Notes under the pieces: generated by a model
Database searches by the model: none
What the model saw: only the letters and a program-made list of their open reading frames with translations
What the model was told of the DNA's origin: nothing
Source of the DNA: Spizellomyces punctatus DAOM BR117
Lineage: Eukaryota
Length of the DNA: 64,000 nt
Assembly (NCBI GenBank): GCA_000182565.2
Contig: KQ257457.1
Strand: one strand, 5' to 3'
Part shown: in pieces, positions 11,801-23,568 of the stretch
How the letters are laid out: each line of letters starts with the position of its first letter
Numbering within the stretch: the stretch's first letter is position 1
Position numbers and translations under genes: made by a program

Positions 11801-14277
11801 CTCACTCTTCTCCTTCAGAAGATAAACTGCCGTCATCCTTGACTTGTCATCAATGAATGTGACAAAGTACTTTGCCCCACCATGACTTGGTGTCTTCATG
11901 GGCCCACACACATCACTGTGAACCACCCCCAGCAGTAGAGCTGCTCTAGCTGCTTCTCCCTTTGGAAAGGGACGCCTGGTGATCTTTCCAATGGCACAGG
12001 CTTCACACGGTGATGTTTCTGCGTGATTCTTGACCTCCAGACCGCTTCCCAGCTGGTTCCTAGCCAAGATTTTGATGCTGTTGACGTTCAGGTGTCCTAA
12101 CCTGCGATGCCAGAGGTCCAAACTCATTCCAGAGGCTATGTTTGCATGTTCTCTTGCATGAAACATGTATAGACCGCCACCTAGAGTTCCCTGGATTGCT
12201 TCCTGACCGTCTGAAGTCTTGATACAGCATCCCTTGCTGCCAAACTCAACTTTGGCACCATTTTCAGTGGCTCTTCTTACTGAAAACAAGTTCTTTTCAA
12301 GCTTGGGAACAAACCACACGTCTCTGAGGGTACAGAATCGGTTTCTGCCTGTCTCAAGTGTGATCTGGCCCTTCCTTATTGCCTGAACTGTTCTGTTGTC
12401 CGCCAGATGGACTTGAATTGGTGACATCTCCATGTAATTGGTCATCCAATCCTTCCTGTGTGACATGTGCTGTGAAGCACCCGAGTCCACAATCCACCAG
12501 ACTGCTCCCTGAGAGGTTTTGGTGTCATCTCCCGACTGAGCACAGAATAGGAACTCATTCTGAGTTGCCTGACTGGTGCTGGCTTGATTGGCTTGTTGTT
12601 TGGTGTCCACCAGAAACTTCCTGCAGTCCTTCTTGAAGTGGCCTTTCTTGTTGCAATAGAAGCACTTCCCTGCTATCTTCTTGGTCCCACCATGCTTGCC
12701 AACCTTCTGCCCGCCTTCCCTGCTGAAAAAGGCCTTCCCTTTGCTATCTCCTTCACTCCCAGCTTCCTTCCTGCGTGTTTCTTCATGCAAAAGCCGTGAT
12801 GTGAGGAATTCCAGCGTCAGAGAATCACTCCTGGCCTCCAAAGACACCACCAGCTGTTCATAACTCTCTGGTAGGCTGTAGAGTAGGGTGATGACTTGGT
12901 CTTCTTCACTGACTGGCGCCCCAATGGCCTCCAACTGCTGAGCCATTGTCCTGACCGTGTTTATGTGTCCCAACATGCCCCCAGTGCCGTCTTCCATCTT
13001 CAGAGTGAGAAATTTCCTCCTTAGATAGAGCCTACTGGCAATTCCCTTCCTTTGGTGGACGTCACTGAGCTTTAACCAGGCCTCTTTTGCAGTTACAGCG
13101 GTCTGTACATGCATGAGTTGGGCATCACTCAGTGACAGAGCAATTACAGCCATTGCCCGCTCATCCCTTCTCCTCCAATCCTTCTCAGAGGTTCCCTCCA
13201 TGCTCTGATCCCCCTCAATCACACCCCACAGCCCCTTTTCCTTCAGCAACATCATCATTTTGAACTTCCAGAGGTGGTAGTTCACGCCATTGAACTTTTC
13301 CATCGTGAGTTTGGTGTCCAAGTCCGTGTTTGACATGTCTGAGCTGATTTGGTGAGTGGATGTGCTGTTGGAGAAGAGGCGAAATCGTCCTGGCGTGGTA
13401 GGCGGTCCAAATATGAGGATGGGAAGAAGATAGGTCCGTCAGGAAGATGGTGTGTTCGTCAGAAAAGAGATTTGAAGCAGGACCCTTTTCCTTTAACTTC
13501 TACGTCATTTTGAACTCCCAGAGGTGGTAGTTCACGCCATTGAACTNNNNNNNNNNNNNNNNNNNNNNNNNNNNNNNNNNNNNNNNNNNNNNNNNNNNNN
13601 NNNNNNNNNNNNNNNNNNNNNNNNNNNNNNNNNNNNNNNNNNNNNNNNNNNNNNNNNNNNNNNNNNNNNNNNNNNNNNNNNNNNNNNNNNNNNNNNNNNN
13701 NNNNNNNNNNNNNNNNNNNNNNNNNNNNNNNNNNNNNNNNNNNATAGCTATCAGGGCTCATAACCTATGAAACTTAGCGCTTGGAATACTGATTTCCCGT
13801 GTAGAAATCACTTCTGGAAGGCCTAGTAATGCCTGTGGCCGCTAGTAAGACTTCTGGGTGCAGTAACTTGTGGGATAACACGCTTGTATTAATCCAGAGA
13901 CATGCAAAAGTCCCCTTTATATAACCCAGTACATTCTCCAGCCTCCCTCCGCCTTTGTTTACTGTTTACATGCTTCAGCCCACTTGTTTACATGCTCAGC
14001 CGTGCTCAGCAATGCTCAGCAGCTTCAGCCATGCCTTGGCAAACATTACCTGAAGATCTAGATCACCACAAACCTTCCAGACCTTCTAAGAGCGCTTACA
14101 TGATGATTTACCCCTTTAAATCATTCCCACACGCGTCTGTGATCATTCTGATTACTCTATGTCCAATTCCCCACGTTGTAACTTAGCCAAATCAGATGTG
14201 AACTGTCTAATGACATCCCAGCATGATCTCACATGATTTATAGATCATACAGCGTGGTTTAAGCCTGAATCTCAACA
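8851..14277 (-). mobile_element. Ty1/Copia element copy A (3' LTR 8851-9352; 5' LTR 13766-14277 shared with copy B); frameshifted near the RT/RNase H boundary; N-gap in the leader
   Basis: ORF 10049..13336 has gag CCHC, protease WIVDSGAS, integrase before RT (YVDD); RNase H in 9334..9906 (YSDADW); PBS and PPT present. Confidence 0.93.
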
Positions 14278-17200
14278 CTCCCACTCAGTGAATCATCTGA
14301 TTTCCGACAGAGACCCATTTTACCACAAAGTTTAAGGTGCTTTGTCTTGGGTAAAGCCTTGGTGAGAATGTCAGCTGTCATTTCTTCTGTCTGACAGTAC
14401 TTGAGGCTGATGTTCTTGTCTTCTACTGCTTGTCTGATGAAGTGGTGCCGCACATCAATGTGTTTGGTCCTTGCATGATGTGTTGGGTTGTTGGCAAGTG
14501 CTATGGCGCCCTGATTGTCACCATACAATGTTGTAGGACCACTTTGCTGATGTCCTAGTTCGCCTAGAAGTGTTCTGAACCAGATAACTTCCTTGGTAGC
14601 TTGACAAAGAGCCATGTACTCTGACTCTGTTGATGATAGAGCGACTGTAGGTTGCCTCTTGCTTTGCCAGCTGACTGTGCTGCTGCCAATCTTGACTAAG
14701 AAGCCAGTGGTAGACTTCCTGAAGTCCAAATCACCGCCCCAATCTGCATCAGAGTATGCAGATAGCTCCCACTTGCTCTGAATGCCGCCCAGTTGAAGTC
14801 CTAGGTCTGTGGTGCCATTCAGGTACCGCATGATCCGTTTGACTGCATCCAGTGCTGATGTCCGGGGTTGGAAAGATACTGGCTAACTGATCCAACTGCT
14901 GCTGCTATGTCTGGTCTGGTGCCCAGCATTGCATAAATGAGACTTCCAACAGCACTTCTGAAAGGAACCCCATTCATTTCTTGCTGTTCTGCCTCAGTTT
15001 GTGGTGGCTGGCCTTGGTGAGCTTCTGGCCATTCTCTAGTGGTGTGGCAACTGGTTTGCTGTTACTCATATTGAATTTCTTCAATGTTTGACCGAGGTAC
15101 CGCTGTTGGGAGAGCCAGATTGACCTGTTGGCTCTGTCCCTGACCACTTGAATGCCGAGAAAATGCTCTAACTGGCCCATATCAGCCATCTTGAACCGCT
15201 TCTTGAGTTCTTCTTTGAGTTTTAACAACTCCTGGTTGTCCTTTGCTGCCAGAATAAGGTCATCCACATACAGGATAAGGTGGACGCCCATCTTCTTGTT
15301 GATGTACAGCCCGTGGTCTGATTCACACCTTTCAAAGCCAAGTTCTTTGAGTTGCCCATCAATGACTTTGTTCCAGGCTCTTGGAGCTTGCTTTAACCCA
15401 TACAAACTCTTCTTTAGCTTGCAGACAAGTCCATTTGCCGTGGTGAAGCCTTCTGGTTGGTCCATGTAGATGTCCTCCTCAATGGTCCCATTCAAGAATG
15501 CTGTCTTGACATCCATTTGGTGAATCTCCATGTCCTTCATGGCTGCTAGTGTCAGGACCGTCCTGATGGTTGCAAACTTGACTACTGGGGCAAATGTCTC
15601 CTTGTACTCCAGTCCTTCAACTTGGGAGTATCCTTTGGCTACCAGTCTGGCCTTGTAGCGCTCTACAGAGCCATCTGACTTGAGTTTCAGCTTGAAAACC
15701 CACTTGCAGCCAACTGTGGATCTTCCTGGTGGTAGTTTGACTAAGTCCCATGTCTGATTCTCCATCAGAGAGTCATATTTTGCTTTGACAGCCACCTCCC
15801 ACTGTTTGGCATCATATCTGGTCCTAGCTTCAGTCAGAGTGCTGGGTTCTTCCTGTGGAACTTCCCCAATGGTGAAGGCAAATGCCAGATTTGACTGAGT
15901 TGGCTTTGCAATCCACCACTCTCCCAGTGGTTTGTGAAATCTGGCACTCTTCCTGCTGAGTTCTGGCACTTCCTCAGCATCCTGGAAGTCGTCCCCATCA
16001 TCTTCTGATGCTGAAGAGTTGTCTGGAGTGATGCTAGATGGTCTCTGAGTCTCTTGAACCGTCCCTAGCCCTTCTTGGTCATCCAAGAACGAAGGCTCCC
16101 CTCCTAGAGGCATCTGTAGCTCTTGGTCTTGCTGTGGTACACTCTGCAGTCGCTGCTGAGTGCTCCACATCAAGTTTTCATCAAAGATGACGTCCCTTGA
16201 CATGACAACTTGGTTCATTTCAGGTACCCACAGTCTGTAGGCCTTACTCTGAGTGCTGTAGCCGACCATGACTGCCTTCTTGGCCTTCTCATCAAGTTTT
16301 GACCGCTTTTCTTTTGAAATATGAGTGTAGGCCACGCAGCCAAACACTCTGAGATGCTGGAGAGCTGGTTTACCGCCTGTAAACTCTTGAAATGGTGTTG
16401 ATTGGTTGCTGAGTGCTGCAGTGGGGCTCCTGTTCCTGAGATAGACCGCTGTCATGATTGCCTCGCCCCAGAACTTGTAGCTGAGTCCACTGTGGTGCAG
16501 CATGCACCTTCCCATTTCCACCAGCGTTCTGTTCATCCTCTCAGCAACACCATTCTGCTCTGGTGTGTAGGGTGTGCTGAATTGCTGCTGAATTCCCTTC
16601 TGCTTGCAGAATTTTCTTGAATTCTTCGCCCACATACTCTCCCCCATTGTCTGATCTGAGAGTTTTGATCTTCTGCCCCGTGAAGTTGGTTGCCCAGGCC
16701 TCAAACTCCTTGAATTTGCTGAGAACCTCACTCTTCTCCTTCAGAAGATAAACTGCCGTCATCCTTGACTTGTCATCAATGAATGTGACAAAGTACTTTG
16801 CCCCACCGTGACTTGGTGTCTTCATGGGCCCACACACATCACTGTGAACCACCCCCAGCAGTAGAGCCGCTCTAGCTGCTTCTCCCTTTGGAAAGGGACG
16901 CCTGGTGATCTTTCCAATGGCACAGGCTTCACATGGTGATGTTTCTGTGTGACTCTTGACCTCCAGACCGCTTCCCAGCTGGTTCCTAGCCAAGATTTTG
17001 ATGCTGTTGACGTTCAGGTGTCCTAACCTGCGATGCCAGAGGTCCAAACTCATTCCAGAGGCTATGTTTGCATGTTCTCTTGCATGAAACATGTATAGAC
17101 CGCCGCCTAGAGTTCCCTGGATTGCTTCCTGACCGTCTGAAGTCTTGATACAGCATCCCTTGCTGCCAAACTCAACTTTGGCACCGTTTTCAGTGGCTCT

Positions 17201-18954
17201 TCTTACTGAAAACAAGTTCTTTTCAAGCTTGGGAACAAACCACACGTCTCTGAGGGTACAGAATCGGTTTCTGCCTGTCTCAAGTGTGATCTGGCCCTTC
17301 CCTATTGCCTGAACTGTTCTGTTGTCCGCCAGATGGACTTGAATTGGTGACATCTCCATGTAATTGGTCATCCAATCCTTCCTGTGTGACATGTGCTGTG
17401 AAGCACCCGAGTCCACAATCCACCAGACTGCTCCCTGAGAGGTTTTGGTGTCATCTCCCGACTGAGCATAGAATAGGAACTCATTCTGAGTTGCCTGACT
17501 GGTGCTGGCTTGATTGGCTTGTTGTTTGGTGTCCGCCAGAAACTTCCTGCAGTCCTTCTTGAAGTGACCCTTCTTGTTGCAATAGAAGCACTTCCCTGCT
17601 ATCTTCTTGGTCCCACCATGCTTGCCAACCTTCTGCCCGCCATCCCTGCTGAAAAAGGCCTTCCCTTTGCTATCTCCTTCACTCCCAGCTTCCTTCCTGC
17701 GTGTTTCTTCATGCAAAAGCCATGATGTGAGGAATTCCAGCGTCAGAGAATCACTCCTGGCCTCCAAAGACACCACCAGCTGTTCATAACTCTCTGGTAG
17801 GCTGTAGAGTAGGGTGATGACTTGGTCTTCTTCACTGACTGGCGCCCCAATGGCCTCCAACTGCTGAGCCATTGTCCTGACCGTGTTTATGTGTCCCAAC
17901 ATGCCCCCAGTGCCGTCTTCCATCTTCAGAGTGAGAAATTTCCTCCTTAGATAGAGCCTACTGGCAATTCCCTTCCTTTGGTGGACGTCACTGAGCTTTA
18001 ACCAGGCCTCTTTTGCAGTTACAGCGGTCTGTACATGCATGAGTTGGGCATCACTCAGTGACAGAGCAATTACAGCCATTGCCCGCTCATCCCTTCTCCT
18101 CCAATCCTTCTCAGAGGTTCCCTCCATGCTGTCATCCCCCTCAATCACACCCCACAGCCCCTTTTCCTTCAGCAACATCGTCATTTTGAACTTCCAGAGG
18201 TGGTAGTTCATGCCATTGAACTTTTCCATCGTGAGTTTGGTGTCCAAGTCCGTGTTTGACATGTCTGAGCTGATTTGGTGAGTGGATGTGCTGTTGGAGA
18301 AGAGGTGAAATCGTCCTGGTGTGGTAGGTGGTCCAAATATGAGGTTGGGAAGAAGATAGGTCTGTCAGGAAGATGGTGTGGCCGTCAGAAAAGAGATTTG
18401 AAGCAGGAAAATATCAGTGATAGCTATCAGGGCTCATAACCTATTGAAACTTAGCGCTTGGAATACTGATTTCCCGTGTAGAAATCACTTCTGGAAGGCC
18501 TAGTAATGCCTGTGGCCGCTAGTAAGACTTCTGGGTGCAGTAACTTGTGGGATAACATGCTTGTATTAATCCAGAGACATGCAAAAGTCCCCTTTATATA
18601 ACCCAGTACATTCTCCAGCCTCCCTCCGCCTTTGTTTACTGTTTACATGCTTCAGCCCACTTGTTTACATGCTCAGCCGTGCTCAGCAATGCTCAGCAGC
18701 TTCAGCCATGCCTTGGCAAACATTACCTGAAGATCTAGATCACCACAAACCTTCCAGACCTTCTAAGAGCGCTTACATGATGATTTACCCCTTTAAATCA
18801 TTCCCACACGCGTCTGTGATCATTCTGATTACTCTATGTCCAATTCCCCACGTTGTAACTTAGCCAAATCAGATGTGAACTGTCTAATGACATCCCAGCA
18901 TGATCTCACATGATTTATAGATCATACAGCGTGGTTTAAGCCTGAATCTCAACA
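13766..18954 (-). mobile_element. Ty1/Copia element copy B (LTRs 13766-14277 and 18442-18954), frameshifted
   Basis: Same protein split over 16541..18262, 14974..16731 and 14259..14831; PBS GGTTATGAGCCC (minus strand) next to the 18442 LTR. Confidence 0.92.
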
Positions 18955-19384
18955 CTCCCACTCAGTGAATCATCTGATTTCCGACAGAGACCCATTTTAC
19001 CACAAAATCAGAATGATCACAGATGCGTGTGGGAATGATTTAAAGGGGTAAAATCATCATGTAAGCACTCTTAGAAGGTCTGGAAGGTTTGTGACGATCT
19101 AGATCTTCAGGTAATGTTTGCCAAGGCATGGCTGAAGCTGCTGAGCACTGCTGAGCACTGCTGAGCATGGCTGAAGCATGTAAACAGTAAACAAAGGCGG
19201 AGGGAGGCTGGAGAATGTACTGGGTTATATAAAGGGGACTTTTGCACGTCTCTGAATTAATACAACCGTGTTATCCCACAAGTTACTGCACCCAGAAGTC
19301 TTACTAGCGGCCACAGGCATTACTAGGTCTTCCAGAAGTGATTTCTACACGGGAAATCAGTGTTCCAAGCGCTAAGTTTCAATA

Positions 19385-19396
19385 GGTTATGAGCCC
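19385..19396 (+). promoter_or_regulatory. Copia primer-binding site of the half-tRNA-iMet type
   Basis: GGTTATGAGCCC directly after the LTR, similar to the GGTTATGGGCCC PBS of copia-type elements that prime from the 5' half of initiator tRNA-Met. Confidence 0.8.
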
Positions 19397-19563
19397 TGAT
19401 AGCTATCACTGATATTTTCCTGCTTCAAATCTCTTTTCTGACGGCCACACCATCTTCCTGACGGACCTATCTTCTTCCCAACCTCATATTTGGACCACCT
19501 ACCACACCAGGACGATTTCACCTCTTCTCCAACAGCACATCCACTCACCAAATCAGCTCAGAC

Positions 19564-22500
19564 ATGTCAAACACGGACTTGGACACCAAACTCACGATGG
19601 AAAAGTTCAATGGCATGAACTACCACCTCTGGAAGTTCAAAATGACGATGTTGCTGAAGGAAAAGGGGCTGTGGGGTGTGATTGAGGGGGATGACAGCAT
19701 GGAGGGAACCTCTGAGAAGGATTGGAGGAGAAGGGATGAGCGGGCAATGGCTGTAATTGCTCTGTCACTGAGTGATGCCCAACTCATGCATGTACAGACC
19801 GCTGTAACTGCAAAAGAGGCCTGGTTAAAGCTCAGTGACGTCCACCAAAGGAAGGGAATTGCCAGTAGGCTCTATCTAAGGAGGAAATTTCTCACTCTGA
19901 AGATGGAAGACGGCACTGGGGGCATGTTGGGACACATAAACACGGTCAGGACAATGGCTCAGCAGTTGGAGGCCATTGGGGCGCCAGTCAGTGAAGAAGA
20001 CCAAGTCATCACCCTACTCTACAGCCTACCAGAGAGTTATGAACAGCTGGTGGTGTCTTTGGAGGCCAGGAGTGATTCTCTGACGCTGGAATTCCTCACA
20101 TCATGGCTTTTGCATGAAGAAACACGCAGGAAGGAAGCTGGGAGTGAAGGAGATAGCAAAGGGAAGGCCTTTTTCAGCAGGGATGGCGGGCAGAAGGTTG
20201 GCAAGCATGGTGGGACCAAGAAGATAGCAGGGAAGTGCTTCTATTGCAACAAGAAGGGTCACTTCAAGAAGGACTGCAGGAAGTTTCTGGCGGACACCAA
20301 ACAACAAGCCAATCAAGCCAGCACCAGTCAGGCAACTCAGAATGAGTTCCTATTCTATGCTCAGTCGGGAGATGACACCAAAACCTCTCAGGGAGCAGTC
20401 TGGTGGATTGTGGACTCGGGTGCTTCACAGCACATGTCACACAGGAAGGATTGGATGACCAATTACATGGAGATGTCACCAATTCAAGTCCATCTGGCGG
20501 ACAACAGAACAGTTCAGGCAATAGGGAAGGGCCAGATCACACTTGAGACAGGCAGAAACCGATTCTGTACCCTCAGAGACGTGTGGTTTGTTCCCAAGCT
20601 TGAAAAGAACTTGTTTTCAGTAAGAAGAGCCACTGAAAATGGTGCCAAAGTTGAGTTTGGCAGCAAGGGATGCTGTATCAAGACTTCAGACGGTCAGGAA
20701 GCAATCCAGGGAACTCTAGGTGGCGGTCTATACATGTTTCATGCAAGAGAACATGCAAACATAGCCTCTGGAATGAGTTTGGACCTCTGGCATCGCAGGT
20801 TAGGACACCTGAACGTCAACAGCATCAAAATCTTGGCTAGGAACCAGCTGGGAAGCGGTCTGGAGGTCAAGAATCACGCAGAAACATCACCGTGTGAAGC
20901 CTGTGCCATTGGAAAGATCACCAGGCGTCCCTTTCCAAAGGGAGAAGCAGCTAGAGCAGCTCTACTGCTGGGGGTGGTTCACAGTGATGTGTGTGGGCCC
21001 ATGAAGACACCAAGTCATGGTGGGGCAAAGTACTTTGTCACATTCATTGATGACAAGTCAAGGATGACGGCAGTTTATCTTCTGAAGGAGAAGAGTGAGG
21101 TTCTCAGCAAATTCAAGGAGTTTGAGGCCTGGGCAACCAACTTCACGAGGCAGAAGATCAAAACTCTCAGATCAGACAATGGGGGAGAGTATGTGGGCGA
21201 AGAATTCAAGAAATTCTGCAAGCAGAAGGGAATTCAGCAGCAATTCAGCACCCCCTACACACCAGAGCAGAATGGTGTTGCTGAGAGGATGAACAGAACG
21301 CTGGTGGAAATGGGAAGGTGCATGCTGCACCACAGTGGACTCAGCTACAAGTTCTGGGGCGAGGCAATCATGACAGCGGTCTATCTCAGGAACAGGAGCC
21401 CCACTGCAGCACTCAGCAACCAATCAACACCATTTCAAGAGTTTACAGGCGGTAAACCAGCTCTCCAGCATCTCAGAGTGTTTGGCTGCGTGGCCTACAC
21501 TCATATTTCAAAAGAAAAGCGGTCAAAACTTGATGAGAAGGCCAAGAAGGCAGTCATGGTCGGCTACAGCACTCAGAGTAAGGCCTACAGACTGTGGGTA
21601 CCTGAAATGAACCAAGTTGTCATGTCAAGGGACGTCATCTTTGATGAAAACTTGATGTGGAGCACTCAGCAGCGACTGCAGAGTGTACCACAGCAAGACC
21701 AAGAGCTACAGATGCCTCTGGGAGGGGAGCCTTCGTTCTTGGATGACCAAGAAGGGCTAGGGACGGTTCAAGAGACTCAGAGACCATCTAGCATCACTCC
21801 AGACAACTCTTCAGCATCAGAAGATGATGGGGACGACTTCCAGGATGCTGAGGAAGTGCCAGAACTCAGCAGGAAGAGTGCCAGATTTCACAAACCACTG
21901 GGAGAGTGGTGGATTGCAAAGCCAACTCAGTCAAATCTGGCATTTGCCTTCACCATTGGGGAAGTTCCACAGGAAGAACCCAGCACTCTGACTGAAGCTA
22001 GGACCAGATATGATGCCAAACAGTGGGAGGTGGCTGTCAAAGCAAAATATGACTCTCTGATGGAGAATCAGACATGGGACTTAGTCAAACTACCACCAGG
22101 AAGATCCACAGTTGGCTGCAAGTGGGTTTTCAAGCTGAAACTCAAGTCAGATGGCTCTGTAGAGCGCTACAAGGCCAGACTGGTAGCCAAAGGATACTCC
22201 CAAGTTGAAGGACTGGACTACAAGGAGACATTTGCCCCAGTAGTCAAGTTTGCAACCATCAGGACAGTCCTGACACTAGCAGCCATGAAGGACATGGAGA
22301 TTCACCAAATGGATGTCAAGACAGCATTCTTGAATGGGACCATTGAGGAGGACATCTACATGGACCAACCAGAAGGCTTTGCCACGGCAAATGGGCTTGT
22401 CTGCAAGCTAAAGAAGAGTTTGTATGGGTTAAAGCAAGCTCCAAGAGCCTGGAACAAAGTCATTGACGGGCAACTCAAAGAACTTGGCTTTGAAAGGTGT

Positions 22501-23568
22501 GAATCAGACCACGGGCTGTACATCAACAAGAAGATGGGCATCCACCTTGTCCTGTATGTGGATGACCTTATTCTGGCATCAAAGGACGACCAGGAGTTGT
22601 TAAAACTCAAAGAAGAACTCAAGAAGCGGTTCAAGATGGCTGATATGGGCCAGTTAGAGCATTTTCTCGGCATCCAAGTGGTCAGGGACAGAGTCAACAG
22701 GTCAATCTGGCTCTCCCAACAGCGGTACCTCAGTCAAACATTGAAGAAATTCAATATGAGTAACAGCAAACCAGTTGCCACACCACTAGAGAATGGCCAC
22801 AAGCTCACCAAGGCCATGTCACCACAAACTGAGGCAGAACAGCAAGAAATGAACGGGGTTCCTTTCAGAAGTGCTGTTGGAAGTCTCATTTATGCAATGC
22901 TGGGCACCAGACCAGACATAGCAGCGGCAGTTGGATCAGTTAGCCAGTACCTTTCCAACCCCGGACATCAGCACTGGATAGCAGTCAAACGGATCATGCG
23001 GTACCTGAAGGGCACCACAGACCTAGGACTTCAACTGGGCAGCATTCAGAGCAAGTGGGAGCTATCTGCATACTCTGATGCAGATTGGGGCGGTGATTTG
23101 GACTTCAGGAAGTCTACCACTGGCTTCTTAGTCAAGATTGGCAGCAGCACAGTCAGCTGGCAAAGCAAGAGGCAACCTACAGTCGCTCTATCATCAACAG
23201 AGTCAGAGTACATGGCTCTTTGTCAAGCTACCAAGGAAGTTATCTGGTTCAGAACACTTCTAGGCGAACTAGGACATCAGCAAAGTGGTCCTACAACATT
23301 GTATGGTGACAATCAGGGCGCCATAGCACTTGCCAACAACCCAACACATCATGCAAGGACCAAACACATTGATGTGCGGCACCACTTCATCAGACAAGCA
23401 GTAGAAGACAAGAACATCAGCCTCAAGTACTGTCAGACAGAAGAAATGACAGCTGACATTCTCACCAAGGCTTTACCCAAGACAAAGCACCTTAAACTTT
23501 GTGGCAAAATGGGTCTCTGTCGGAAATCAGATGATTCACTGAGTGGGAGTGTTGAGATTCAGGCTTAA
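19564..23568 (+). CDS. Intact Copia gag-pol polyprotein (1334 aa: gag, CCHC, PR, GAG-pre-integrase, rve IN, RT, RNase H)
   Basis: CFYCNKKGHFKKDC; DSGAS; WHRRLGH..CEAC; HSD/SDNGGE/NGVAE; QMDVKTAFLNG, LYGLKQAPRAW, YVDD; YSDADW, TKHIDVRHHF; no stops. Confidence 0.96.
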   Translation: MSNTDLDTKLTMEKFNGMNYHLWKFKMTMLLKEKGLWGVIEGDDSMEGTSEKDWRRRDERAMAVIALSLSDAQLMHVQTAVTAKEAWLKLSDVHQRKGIASRLYLRRKFLTLKMEDGTGGMLGHINTVRTMAQQLEAIGAPVSEEDQVITLLYSLPESYEQLVVSLEARSDSLTLEFLTSWLLHEETRRKEAGSEGDSKGKAFFSRDGGQKVGKHGGTKKIAGKCFYCNKKGHFKKDCRKFLADTKQQANQASTSQATQNEFLFYAQSGDDTKTSQGAVWWIVDSGASQHMSHRKDWMTNYMEMSPIQVHLADNRTVQAIGKGQITLETGRNRFCTLRDVWFVPKLEKNLFSVRRATENGAKVEFGSKGCCIKTSDGQEAIQGTLGGGLYMFHAREHANIASGMSLDLWHRRLGHLNVNSIKILARNQLGSGLEVKNHAETSPCEACAIGKITRRPFPKGEAARAALLLGVVHSDVCGPMKTPSHGGAKYFVTFIDDKSRMTAVYLLKEKSEVLSKFKEFEAWATNFTRQKIKTLRSDNGGEYVGEEFKKFCKQKGIQQQFSTPYTPEQNGVAERMNRTLVEMGRCMLHHSGLSYKFWGEAIMTAVYLRNRSPTAALSNQSTPFQEFTGGKPALQHLRVFGCVAYTHISKEKRSKLDEKAKKAVMVGYSTQSKAYRLWVPEMNQVVMSRDVIFDENLMWSTQQRLQSVPQQDQELQMPLGGEPSFLDDQEGLGTVQETQRPSSITPDNSSASEDDGDDFQDAEEVPELSRKSARFHKPLGEWWIAKPTQSNLAFAFTIGEVPQEEPSTLTEARTRYDAKQWEVAVKAKYDSLMENQTWDLVKLPPGRSTVGCKWVFKLKLKSDGSVERYKARLVAKGYSQVEGLDYKETFAPVVKFATIRTVLTLAAMKDMEIHQMDVKTAFLNGTIEEDIYMDQPEGFATANGLVCKLKKSLYGLKQAPRAWNKVIDGQLKELGFERCESDHGLYINKKMGIHLVLYVDDLILASKDDQELLKLKEELKKRFKMADMGQLEHFLGIQVVRDRVNRSIWLSQQRYLSQTLKKFNMSNSKPVATPLENGHKLTKAMSPQTEAEQQEMNGVPFRSAVGSLIYAMLGTRPDIAAAVGSVSQYLSNPGHQHWIAVKRIMRYLKGTTDLGLQLGSIQSKWELSAYSDADWGGDLDFRKSTTGFLVKIGSSTVSWQSKRQPTVALSSTESEYMALCQATKEVIWFRTLLGELGHQQSGPTTLYGDNQGAIALANNPTHHARTKHIDVRHHFIRQAVEDKNISLKYCQTEEMTADILTKALPKTKHLKLCGKMGLCRKSDDSLSGSVEIQA

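Noticed and set aside
13483-13546. Rearranged gag fragment in the Copia A leader
   Set aside because: Error-rich repeat of ~13235-13296 directly at a gap edge; probably low-quality read end
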